Assembly: GCA_951406725.2 (NCBI GenBank)
Contig: OX597821.1
Location: forward strand, 95,232,001-95,296,000
DNA length: 64,000 bases
Direction of reading: 5' to 3'
Source of the DNA: Octopus vulgaris
Taxonomy: Eukaryota
The notes under the pieces were generated by a model. That model made no database searches. It was not told where the DNA came from and was given only the letters and a program-made list of their open reading frames with translations. This document shows, piece after piece, positions 25,323 through 36,266 of this stretch. How positions within the stretch are numbered: position 1 is the first letter of the stretch; every line of letters begins with the position of its first letter. Both the position numbers and the translations under genes were made by a program.

Positions 25323-28300
25323 TGGCGTGCGGTGACTTCCGGCGTTGGGCATGCAATTAATTTCATTGCCCCCCCCCTGGCAATTTTTCAGTAAGACATT
25401 TTCGTATTCCTACGATTTACATATAAGAGATTCTGAATATGCAGAATAAACAGGGAATAAAAAATGGCTGTGCAGAGATGATCCTGAAATAAGTGTATTG
25501 TTTGTATTATTCTTTGCTCTTCGAAACGTCAGTACTTTCCCATCCTCATTCTCCCTTAGAAAAGTCTAAAAATCATAAGTGAAATGTAATAAAGATGAAA
25601 TTGGATTCTGTCAATATTTTTGCATATTCAGAATCTCTGTTAAAGGTAGGAATCCGAAAAAAAATTTTCACATAAATTCGTTTTTCAAAGGGGTGCGATT
25701 CTGCATTAGCCCCTATACCTATCGGTTGAGCTGGATGAAATGATTTAATTAAAAGAAAACATTTAGTTACATTATATGGCCATGGTTTTAGATCGTTACG
25801 CTCTCGAAGACAAGTCAGGTTCTTTATCATGCTACTTGTCAATTCCGGGAAAATTATTGACTGTTCTGAGACTTACTGAACTCCGTACATTAAAGGACTA
25901 CGTCTCACGCACCAACATTGAAAATACACGCATATGCATGAATACGCACACAATGAAAGACAGCGAAAATTCAACATTGTAAAAAGCCTCCCAAAACTGT
26001 TGTGGCAGAAATCAACATCTCTGAGATTGAAACAAGACACTTATTGAAAGTGAAACAAAACACTTATTTACGGCCGTAAATAGACTACACCCAGCAGCAC
26101 AGAAAGGGAAATCTATGTAGGTTAGGTTTCACGAAGAAATCAAAACATTTCTCCTGCGAAACAATACTGATGTAAGAAGGTCGAACCTTACGTTATAACA
26201 AACACTAAGCAAAACCTGTAATATATGCTCTTTAATATATTATTTTTTAATGTTTTAAAATGTTACTTAGCTCATTTATAAATTAATTCAATTCTTCGAT
26301 CTTTCTGGGCAAATATATCTATCACATTTTCATAGAAATCTTCTCTTTTCATCAATTCTTGTAATAAATCTTTTTCAATTGACATTAGTGCTAACCCAGA
26401 CAGTCTTCTTTCTCCTGTCGCATTTCTTTGGTATGTTTTAATTCTACTTAATGCAGAAAAGGATCGCTCTACAGAAGCAGTGGTAGACGGAATTGTCAAA
26501 ATCAACTTGCACAGATTGAAGAGTTCTGGCATAGCTTCAACAAGATCAGTGCTGTTAATGTAACTCATTAAATGACTTACACTTGGTTTTTTAAAATCTT
26601 TCATTGAATACATCACATTGAGCTCACTTTGTAATCGTATTACATCAAAAAATCTGCCATAAGTTGTTCTTAAAGAATCTAAAGAGTCTACAGGAAATTG
26701 TTTGCAATACTCATCAACTTTGTTGAAATTCAAAAGTTCCATGAATTTAAACTCTTCTAAGGATGAATATCGTGTTTTTATTTGGTCAACTATTGTACTT
26801 ATAATTTTGTTATAAAGCGTTCTATAATGTCGTTGGGGATCAATAGATATATTCTTGGATCTCTGAATTCCGATTCCTGCATCGACTCCATATTTTTCCC
26901 CTAACCTATCATAAAAGACTGAAAAATTATCAAGTTTGTTTTCGAGTACAGTTCTAGTTTTATCTATTTGCTGTTTACAATACACTATGTCATGACTTTT
27001 ACTCTGGAGTATGTTAAATAAGACGTCAGTAAAAGAAAAAATGTCACTGAATACCTCTAACAAAAATAAGAAATCAGAAGCTTTTAAAGTGTGTAAGAAT
27101 CCAATTGCTGAATTTATGGTGGTATCATCCCATGCTTCAGGATTTTCAATGATGTGTTCAAAAAGGCTGATTATGAAATTATAATTTTCCTTTGTGGTAA
27201 TAATAAGACGTGAGGAGTAATTCCATCTAGTTGCTGTTGCTTTCGGAAATCTTTTTTTAACAATATTATCTAATGCATTAGTCCTTTTCGGTGATTTCGT
27301 AAAAAATGTACCGAGTCCGTTTATTGTAGAAAAAAATATCTTGCATTCTTTCATAGCAGAGCATGATTGTGAAAGAACTAAATTTAGGATATGGGCACAA
27401 CAATGAATAAAAATCGCACATTCATATTTCTTTCTTACTTTTGCCTGTAACCCATTTAGTTGTCCTGCCATTGTAGCGGCACCATCATATGTCTGCGCAA
27501 TCAATTTGTTTCCACATTCCCACGTCTCAATGCATTTAAAAACATGTTCAGATAAAGCATTTGCAGATCGATCTTCACTAACATCACTAAAACCGATAAA
27601 TCGTTCTTTCGTCACACAGTCTTCTGTAACATAACGTAAAACTGTTGACAGTTGTGAAGATGCTGAGACATCAGATGTCTCATCAACAAGAATAGAAACA
27701 AACTTAGCTTGGTCAATTTCCTTCTGCATCTCATTCAACATAACTTTATGAATTGCTTCAATCAAGTCATTTTGAATTCTGTTCGACAGACCAGTGAAGA
27801 TAGAAGCTGTATCTAAATGACATTCCATATGTTTGTCATATTTACTGATCAAATAAACGAGTTCTTTATAATTTCCCCGATTATTAGAGCCTTCAGATTC
27901 AAAATGACCCCGAAACGATAATTCCTGGAGGCCTAAAAAAATAACAACATCGATCAATCGTTGCAGAATGGATCTGTTTCGTCGAACTTTCTCATTATAC
28001 TGTTGTATGCTTTGATTTTTACGTGCATCTAATTGTAAGTCTATGCGAACATTCCCGAATATTTTAAGGTCTATCAAACATTTTATATGCCTTTGAGAAC
28101 GCTCGTGCTTTAGCATAGCCATATGTAAATTATTTAAATCATCATAGCCTTTATCATTCCAAACATTTTTTTCTAAGCCAAAAAGTAAACACGGCCAACA
28201 GAATAATTTATTAAGAGCAACACTTCCAGTTAACCATTTCTTCTTTTCATACGAATTAACCTGAAATTGTCTCGTGAATTTCTTGTTGTAGCTTCGCAAA

Positions 28301-29113
28301 TTAGGTAAATTCGGTGTTGGTCTGCCACGATTTATAATTAATTTTTTCCCATCGAAGTCCCTTTTAGAAAAACTAGTTCTCAAAATATCGTTTATAGCAC
28401 ACATTTCACTCATTTTGAAAAAGGCTGCTCTTATTTAAGGACCCACGTGGAAGCGCCGGCGTAAATTTTAAGTCAATTTCAACAAAACGGAAAAATACCC
28501 TTTGTTAAATTATATAAGATTAATTAGCTATTTCTGAAATAAGAAATATAATATAGATATTTTTGCTTTCAAAACTTTCTAAAAATATGATAGTGCAAAC
28601 GGATGTTTTGGATAAAAAATTTCTTACTTACAAGTGAAGGCTATTCCAACATTTCAGCTGGCTAAAACAAGAATTATGGGACGGCTCTTGTTCCGGTCAA
28701 AATAGCCAGAGAAGCGTGATATGCCATCTTAGAACAGCATGACACGCCAAACTGAATTTGTCGAATCGTTGAGAGAGAAAGGGGTGACCATTTCTCGTAG
28801 CATATCTTTTAAACAAAGAAAGAGGAAGAAGGGACAAACTATCAAAGACAGAGAGAAGGGAACTCATGCTGTCTTCTCAACGCATGTCAAGCGATAAATT
28901 TATCGAGTCACTAAGATAGAGAGAGAGAGAGGGGAAGGAAGGACAAACTAATACAGACAGAGAGGGAGTGTGTATCATGCGATCTTCTAAAAGCATTTAT
29001 CAAAGCAGATGTACAAAGTGGAGACAATATTTCTAAAACAACTGGACGTATTTTCTTTCAAACAAAGAAGGCATGCAGCGCATACCTTGCATTGCTGAGA
29101 GTGCACACCCCTG
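25320..29113 (-). mobile_element. Full-length hAT DNA transposon (ZMYM1-like/Tip-type), 3794 bp, inserted in a (TA)n tract
   Basis: Imperfect TIRs CAGTGGCGTGC / CAGGGGTGTGC (reverse complement of the right end). ATATATAT on both sides is consistent with an 8-bp TSD. Confidence 0.9.
26272..28413 (-). CDS. Intact hAT transposase, 713 aa (TTF-type zinc finger, DUF4371-like region, RNase H-like DDE core, hATC dimerisation domain)
   Basis: Motifs LFCWPCLLF..H..SQRH, FRGH..NRGNYKEL, VDETSD, YDGA, HCCAHILNL, TRW, and TIPSTTASVERSFSALSRIKT..R..RLSGLALMSIE. No stops. Confidence 0.95.
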   Translation of the reverse strand: MSEMCAINDILRTSFSKRDFDGKKLIINRGRPTPNLPNLRSYNKKFTRQFQVNSYEKKKWLTGSVALNKLFCWPCLLFGLEKNVWNDKGYDDLNNLHMAMLKHERSQRHIKCLIDLKIFGNVRIDLQLDARKNQSIQQYNEKVRRNRSILQRLIDVVIFLGLQELSFRGHFESEGSNNRGNYKELVYLISKYDKHMECHLDTASIFTGLSNRIQNDLIEAIHKVMLNEMQKEIDQAKFVSILVDETSDVSASSQLSTVLRYVTEDCVTKERFIGFSDVSEDRSANALSEHVFKCIETWECGNKLIAQTYDGAATMAGQLNGLQAKVRKKYECAIFIHCCAHILNLVLSQSCSAMKECKIFFSTINGLGTFFTKSPKRTNALDNIVKKRFPKATATRWNYSSRLIITTKENYNFIISLFEHIIENPEAWDDTTINSAIGFLHTLKASDFLFLLEVFSDIFSFTDVLFNILQSKSHDIVYCKQQIDKTRTVLENKLDNFSVFYDRLGEKYGVDAGIGIQRSKNISIDPQRHYRTLYNKIISTIVDQIKTRYSSLEEFKFMELLNFNKVDEYCKQFPVDSLDSLRTTYGRFFDVIRLQSELNVMYSMKDFKKPSVSHLMSYINSTDLVEAMPELFNLCKLILTIPSTTASVERSFSALSRIKTYQRNATGERRLSGLALMSIEKDLLQELMKREDFYENVIDIFAQKDRRIELIYK

Positions 29114-29861
29114 ATATATATATATATACACAAACACATACATACAGAGAGTGGGGAGGGACTTTCACAGCTTTTATCATCTTACATTTACGGTTATTGT
29201 ATGATGTCAGGACACACATGTATATATATGCACGTGTGTGTATGTGTGCACGCGCATACACACACACACACACAGCTGAAGACACTTGTCCAAGGTGCTG
29301 TGCAATGGGATTGAACTCAGAGACCCACTGTTGCAAAATGAATTTGTTAGTCACATAGCCATACTAACACTCATTAAATACCTAAATATTGAAATGAATT
29401 TAATTCAATGATGAACATGGTCTATTGTTTCATTTGTTTTTATGCATAAATATAAGGACTACAGAGTGAGAAGAATTACCTTACAATTATTCTATCATTC
29501 TATAGAATTTAGAATCAGATACCACTCAGCTTGAATGAACTCTTTTCAACTATAGCGTGGCCTTTGTTTGTGAATAACTATCTTTCCTTTGTATCATTTA
29601 TATATGTAGGAGAGAAAAATTTCAATTACTTTTTTCATGCAAACAATATATTTTAATTCATTTATTCTTTTATTTGTTTCAGTCATTTGACTGTGGCCAT
29701 GCTGGAGCACCGCCTTTTTAAGTCGAGGACATCGACCCCAGGACTTATTCTTTGTAAGCCTAGTACTTATTCTATCGGTCTCTTTTGCCGAACCGCTAAG
29801 TTACAGGGACATAAACACACCAACATTGGTTGTCAAGTGACAGTTGGGGGACAAACACAGA

Positions 29862-29904
<43 letters not shown>

Positions 29905-30265
29905 GACAGGCTTCTTTCCGTTTCCGTCTACCAAACCCACTCACAAGGCTTTGACCGGCCTGAGGCTATAGTAGAAGACACTTGTCCAAGGTGCCACACA
30001 GTGGGACTGAACCCAGAACCATGGTTGGTAAGCAAGCTGCTTACCACACAGCCATTCCTGCACCTACCTATTTTGTTCATTTTTTTTTTTTTATATGACG
30101 CCTTATGTTCTGAGTTCAAATCCCACTAAACCCAACTTTGCCTTTCATCTTTTCAGGGATGATAAAATAAAGCACCGGTCAGGTGTTGGGAGTGGGGGTC
30201 AATGGTATAGACTAATGCCCTCCCATAAAAACTGCTTACCTTGGTCTTAAATTAGAAACAATTAT

Positions 30266-30410
30266 TATAAGGTTGTCCCAAAAGTTCGTAGAAAGTCTTG
30301 GAAAATAATGGTCTTTATTTTGAGGAATAATTTTTGTTGTTTTTGTTAGTACTTGGCGAGTAAAAATTCAATTTTCGCAAGTGTTTACGAACTTTTGGGA
30401 CAACCTAATA
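30266..30410. mobile_element. Tc1/mariner-type MITE
   Basis: TA-flanked TIR AGGTTGTCCCAAAAGTTCGTA / TACGAACTTTTGGGACAACCT. Confidence 0.7.
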
Positions 30411-32099
30411 TTATCATTATTATTAATATTATCATTATTATTATGGTGGCAAGGTAGCAGAATTGTTAGCACACCGGGCAAAATGCTGAGCAGCATTTTG
30501 TCTGTCCTTATGTTCTGAGTTCAAATTCCGTTGAGGTCGATTTTGTCTCTCATCCTTTCAGTTTAATGAAAGAAATACCAGTTATGGACTGGGGTCAATG
30601 TAATTGACTATCCCCTCCCCGCAAATTTCAGGCCTTGTGTCTATAGTAGAAAGGATTATTATTATTATTATTATTATTATTACGAAGGTGGCAAGCTGGC
30701 AGAATCATTAGCACACCAGAGAAAATACTTAGTGGTATTTCATCCTTCTTTACGTTTTGAGTTCAATTTATGTCAAGGCTGACTTTGCCTCTCATCCTTT
30801 CAGGGCTGGTTACAAAAGTAGTAGTTGAACACTTTCAGGCTTTATGCCTATAGTAGAACAGATTATTATTATTATTATCAAGGCAGAAAGATGGCAGAAT
30901 CATTAGCATGCCGGGCAAAATGCTTACCAGTATTTCATTTGTATTTTTGTTCTGCGTTTTAATTCCACCAAGGTTGACTTTACCTTTCATCCTTTAGGGA
31001 TCAATAAAATAAGTACCAGTTGAGCATGGGAACTGATGTAATCAACTTACCCTATCCTCTGAAATTACTGGCCTTGTGCCAAAATTTGGAACCAATATGT
31101 AATAGTTACATATTTAAGATCAATCAATTCAACTGCTCCATGCTATGTGATCTCATGCTTACATTAGATATTAGGTATTAAGGGCAGCCCAAGAATTAGT
31201 ATAGCAATGGAATAAACCCATACTTTGCAGTATTTAGTCATGCCCCCATTTGAAACCTCTGTGTCCTCTTTACCGTCATTCTTCTAAGGTCATCATCATC
31301 ATCATCATCATCTTCTAAGGTGAATAAAATAAAGTACTAGTCATGTACTGATGTCAAAACAGCAGCATCCGTCATAATATGTGACTCTGTGCCTATGTTA
31401 AAAATCCTTACAACTAGTAATGGATTGACAGAATTATTAGGACATCAAAAAAAAATGTCACCCAGTATTGAATTATACCTCTTTAAGTTCTGAATTCAAA
31501 TCTCACCAATGCTGATCTCATTTGTTGATAAAACAAGTAACAGTGAAGTACTGGAATCAATATAATTGATTGTTCTCAGGCCACAGAATTTCTGAATTTG
31601 TGCCCATATAAGAAAATCATCATCATCATTTAGCGTCCGCTTTCCATGCTAGCATGGGTTGGACGGTTCAACTGGGGTCTGTGAAGCTGGAAGGCTGCAT
31701 CAGGCCCAGTCAAATCTGGTAGTGTTTCTACGGCTGGATGCCCTTCCTAACGCCAACCACTCCGTGAGTGTAGTGGGTGCTTTTTGACTGAGCTACAGGC
31801 ATGGCTTGTAGTTAAAGAAGTTCGCTTCCCAGCACATGGTTTTGCGTTCAGTACTACTACATGGCACCTTGGGTAAGTATCTTCTTCTCTAGTCCCAGGC
31901 TGACCAACCAACATATATCTGCCTTACACTCAACGAAAGAACCTTTTCAATGCCAACAGAGTTAAGAGATCCCTGAGCCTTTTAAACCCTGTCATAACTC
32001 TGACTACTATGCTTTCCTGACACTCACTTACATTGTTTATTAGGTCACCAGCAATAGAGAGAAACAGAAATATAGATAAATAGAAAGAGAAATGCTTAC

Positions 32100-32675
32100 C
32101 TTCTCAAGAAGTACACGTAATTTACCAACCATCCGGCTAATCCAGCTGTAGATAAGATCGGAGAGGTGGAGAAAATATTCAAGTTGGTCCAACTGTATAA
32201 TCAAAGTGAAGCTATGTAAAGAAAGGCCGTTGGTCCCATTAGCACTGAAAACAAATACAACTGCAGCAACATTTTTGTCCGGAATGGTATGGATGCGCCA
32301 ATCAGTAATACTGCTGCTTAAGTCCCGACATAGTTCTCCAGCTAAACCTTGCTTACAGATCTGCAGAAGGGTGCTTTGATCGAGCAGAAGAGCCTCACCA
32401 TTGAACCACACTTGCTCAACTCGAGGTCCAAGGATGTTGTCCCAGTGACTGAACACAAATGTTGAGACAAGGATCTGTGCGCTGTCCACAAGCTGTGACA
32501 CTGTATATTTGGAACAAGGACTCAGTAATGTGGAAGCAATTGGGTCCAGTTGTTTGCTTTGGTCAGAGGGATAAAGGAGATTTTGTGGTGGGGATAAGTG
32601 AGAAGAATGTGAATGGTCAGGTTTGATTTTCATACTTGAAATGTAAGAGTCATTTTTGTTAGCTTGGGTCTCCAT
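32100..32675 (-). CDS. C9orf72: C9orf72 orthologue (DENN-like/longin, SMCR8 partner), first coding exon (192 codons)
   Basis: ATG at 32675 in ideal context ACCATGG. TFVFSHWDNILGPRVEQVW matches human TFAYWDNILGPRVRHIW as recalled. Exon ends RMVGKLRVLLEK at a phase-0 donor AAG|GTAAGC, aligned with human HIIRKGRIWMHK. Confidence 0.93.
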
Positions 32676-33024
32676 GGTAATGGATGAAGCTAAAATTTTA
32701 ACTTTCTTATTAAAACGTTTATAGTGTATCACCTAATTTTATCTCTATTTGAATTAATTTCGAATTATCTTCCATTATACACATAAATATAAATATAATC
32801 CAGATAGAATAAGACCAATATTCACATACAAAAACATATATATATATTTATATCTAAAGAGAGAGAAAGAACATATGTATGTGTGTACCAAGCATCAATA
32901 CATATGCATTAGTAAATACTAAAACAAACTGCTCCAATTAACTTAATTGTAATTTTTTACTTGTGAAGACACAAATAAAATATGGATGGAAGGGGATTAG
33001 GTTGCCAGAACAGATGACCAACTT

Positions 33025-33291
33025 TCAAGATTGAAAGTATATCATGGGCAGTTCATTACGTACATGTAGCACTTGGACAATGTAGCTGGCCAGAAACATG
33101 TTGGCTATAACAAAAGCTGCAGCTAAGAGCATCAGTGATGCCGACCAGTTGATATTTGGGGAGAGGTCCTGCGTTAGGTAGAGGAGAAAAATCATGAAAC
33201 TGGCAACTACGACAAGCAAGAAGGCATAATTAACAAGCAGGATGATGACTTTGTCACGGCTGACAACCTCTGTAATCCAGTCAAGCTTCAT
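33025..33291 (-). CDS. Putative 88-aa two-transmembrane microprotein (ORF2), about 350 nt upstream of the C9orf72 ATG
   Basis: MKLDWITEVVSRDKVIILLVNYAFLLVVVASFMIFLLYLTQDLSPNINWSASLMLLAAAFVIANMFLASYIVQVLHVRNELPMIYFQS has two hydrophobic segments. Non-repetitive sequence with coding-like composition, downstream of a strong acceptor (TTCTCTTTTCTTTCTTCCAG|33400). Confidence 0.6.
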   Translation of the reverse strand: MKLDWITEVVSRDKVIILLVNYAFLLVVVASFMIFLLYLTQDLSPNINWSASLMLLAAAFVIANMFLASYIVQVLHVRNELPMIYFQS

Positions 33292-33735
33292 TGGAACCTG
33301 CTCCTGACAGGGGGTTGACAAAATATATTCAACGTCTCCAGACTTTTCAACACTTTCAAGATTCTCTGTCACAAGTCTTTCATAACATCATGTGATAGAA
33401 CTGGAAGAAAGAAAAGAGAAAAACAAACAGATTAAATTCACGAGAAATTCAATATTCATAATACATAAATACATATTATATAATCAGCACAAGTTACAGA
33501 GTGACTGAAGGGTTCAGATTCTTGCATTGGCACTTACCAAACTGGTTTCAAATTATGGGGATTACATAATTTGATTGTTCTTGAATAAATTATATATGTA
33601 AAGTGTGCTCAGTGACATGAATTTGAACAGAAACAAAGAGATATTCTAAATACTTAAGATAAATTCTTAACTTACTAACACCATTTGTATATATTTTATA
33701 TACTTCTTTCCATTTGATTTTTATTTTGATGTTGA

Positions 33736-33739
<4 letters not shown>

Positions 33740-33775
<36 letters not shown>

Positions 33776-34060
33776 CATATACATATATATATATACACAC
33801 ATATATATATACACACACACATATATACACACACACACATATACACACACACATATATATATACACACACACACATATACACACACACATATATATACAC
33901 ACACACACATATATATATACACACACACACATATATATATATACATACACATATATATATATACACATATATATATACACACACACATATATATATATAT
34001 ACACACACACATATATACATACACATATACATACATATATATACACACACACACACACAC
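33740..34060. repeat. Compound (TA)/(CA) microsatellite (similar tracts at about 400-472, 15985-16127, 54545-54932 and 58615-58677)
   Basis: Direct inspection. Confidence 0.95.
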
Positions 34061-35394
34061 GTAACTACTTGGACTTTATGTATATGTCTATGAGTATGTC
34101 AATTAAAGGACATTCACTGTTTGGGCTACCTGATGTCAGCCACCGGAATGATATAATTTTCACAGGACCTACGTCATTACATCAGGAAATACGTAATGTC
34201 TGTTGAGTTTATAGTTGATAAAGGAAACAAACGGAAGATGGATTTAGTACAAATCCATCCTTAAAGATTCATATTAAATCCATCTTCCATTTCCTTTATC
34301 AGCTATATATATATATATGTGTATGTATGTATATGTAAAGGGAAAGTTTACGAAAATAAACAAAAGACGAAGGCAGGTGGAGTACAAACAAACAAATGTA
34401 TTAGTATAGCGCTCAGGAATAGAAATAGAAAAAGTCTTTTACGTTTCGAGCCTACGCTCTGCGACAGAAAGATACACAGAAAAAAACAAGGAGAGAAAAA
34501 AAGAAGAGAAAAAAGGAGAGAAAAAAAGAGGGAGAGAAACAAGGAGAGAAAAAAGGAGAAAAAATGTGTGTAGGAGCTAACGATCTATCATGTATTTACT
34601 GACACATATATATGTAAAGACATATATGCATGCCTACATGTGTGTGTGTTTCACAAACAACTTAGTCATGACTCATGGGAAAGACGAATTCTTTCCATAA
34701 TATCTTAAGCATCTCATAGCAAGATAGAATCACTAACACCAAAGTGTTGCAGATAGTACAACTGCCAAGCTCGAAGTCAGTCTCATGTCAGCAACAATTA
34801 CAATGTCAAATGTAATGAAAGACAACAACATTCCGAAACAGTTGTTCCTCAGCATCTGTGGCAATCAGAAGAATTTACACACATGATGGTGAGTCTGAGA
34901 GTTCGGGATGGTGTTTTTCTGAGTGTGTGTGTGTGTCTATATGTGTACAGTGTGAAGCTGAAAACAATATACAAGGCAAATGATGTGGAACTAGCAGTAG
35001 AACTGTTATTTATAAAGGTAAAGTTACCTTCTTGAATTATGCCAACTCACAGGGGTCAGTTTCCCAGTTTCATGGCATATATATTCCGCCCCTGGATGGG
35101 ATGCCAGTCTGTCGCAGTATTACTCACTTTTGCCAGTTGAGTGGGCTGAAGCAATGTGAAACGAAGTGCTTTGCTCAAGAACACAACGCACCACCCAGTT
35201 CAGGAACTGAAACCACAATCTTACGATCATGAGTCCATCACCCTAACCACTAAGCCATGTGCCTCCACTAAAAGCAACTTTGAACTACCATAAGTGATAT
35301 GTTGGTGAGAGAGGCAGAGGTGAATAGTGAGGGAGAGTGGTACTTACTACTTTTACACAGATATCATTTTGAGAATTAAGATGGAATAATATAT

Positions 35395-35618
35395 ATGATG
35401 GAGTGTGGAAAAGTTCCTGGCTTTAAGCATATTGCGAAAGGCTTGGTTGGCAGACCAACCTTCCAAGTTCTTTTACGAGGCTTAGAAAAGCTGATGGACT
35501 GCTGCAATAATAAGTGTGTGAATCTGAGGTGTGAATATGTTGGATAAAATCATAATTAACTAATCCTCCTATATTTTCTTTTACCCAAAGCCAGGACCTT
35601 TTCAACACACCCTTGTAC
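35395..35618. mobile_element. Degenerate mariner-like MITE (related remnant at about 58010-58085)
   Basis: GTGTGGAAAAGTTCCTGGCTTT ... AAAGCCAGGACCTTTTCAACACAC inverted ends. Confidence 0.5.
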
Positions 35619-35934
35619 ATATGTAAGGTAAATATGATGGTAACAGTTTAACTTTTGCTTCATTCTTCAAGAGCTGATCATGGCAACAATATACAAACAC
35701 ACACAAATACATGTGTGTGTGCGTGTATATATATATATATATAAGAAGGGATGATATTATTAAAATATCATCATGGAGTGACAAGCGAATTATCAGCCAC
35801 ACAGGCAAATTAATAAAATATATACATACATTGTAAGATATGTACTTATATATATATACACATATACACGAGGGCACTACATGAGCACCTACATCTCTAA
35901 AAATAGAAGTCAGTGCTCATGTAGTGCCCTCGTA

Positions 35935-35995
<61 letters not shown>

Positions 35996-36169
35996 AAAAT
36001 TAAGTTCAAAGAGAACAATTCAAACTTTTTGAAGGATCCAAAAGGAGAGAAAAAATAATTTCCAATAAAAAAATTCATCATATTCATAAAAATCAACCAG
36101 AGCAATTTTGATTTTAACATATTTTCTCCATTTTTATACTTGTTTGTGGTACTTTTATACCTATAACGA

Positions 36170-36214
<45 letters not shown>

Positions 36215-36228
36215 TACATATCTTATAA

Positions 36229-36266
<38 letters not shown>

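Noticed and set aside
33292-33372. ORF-track GTG start giving a 115-aa protein; likewise the GTG start at 32732 for C9orf72
   Set aside because: This is a eukaryotic locus, so the first in-frame ATGs (33291 and 32675) are preferred.
33590-34064. Long overlapping ORFs (CVCVYIY.../HTHTYI...), also at 54387-55077 and 59694-60124
   Set aside because: These are translations of microsatellites with no coding evidence.
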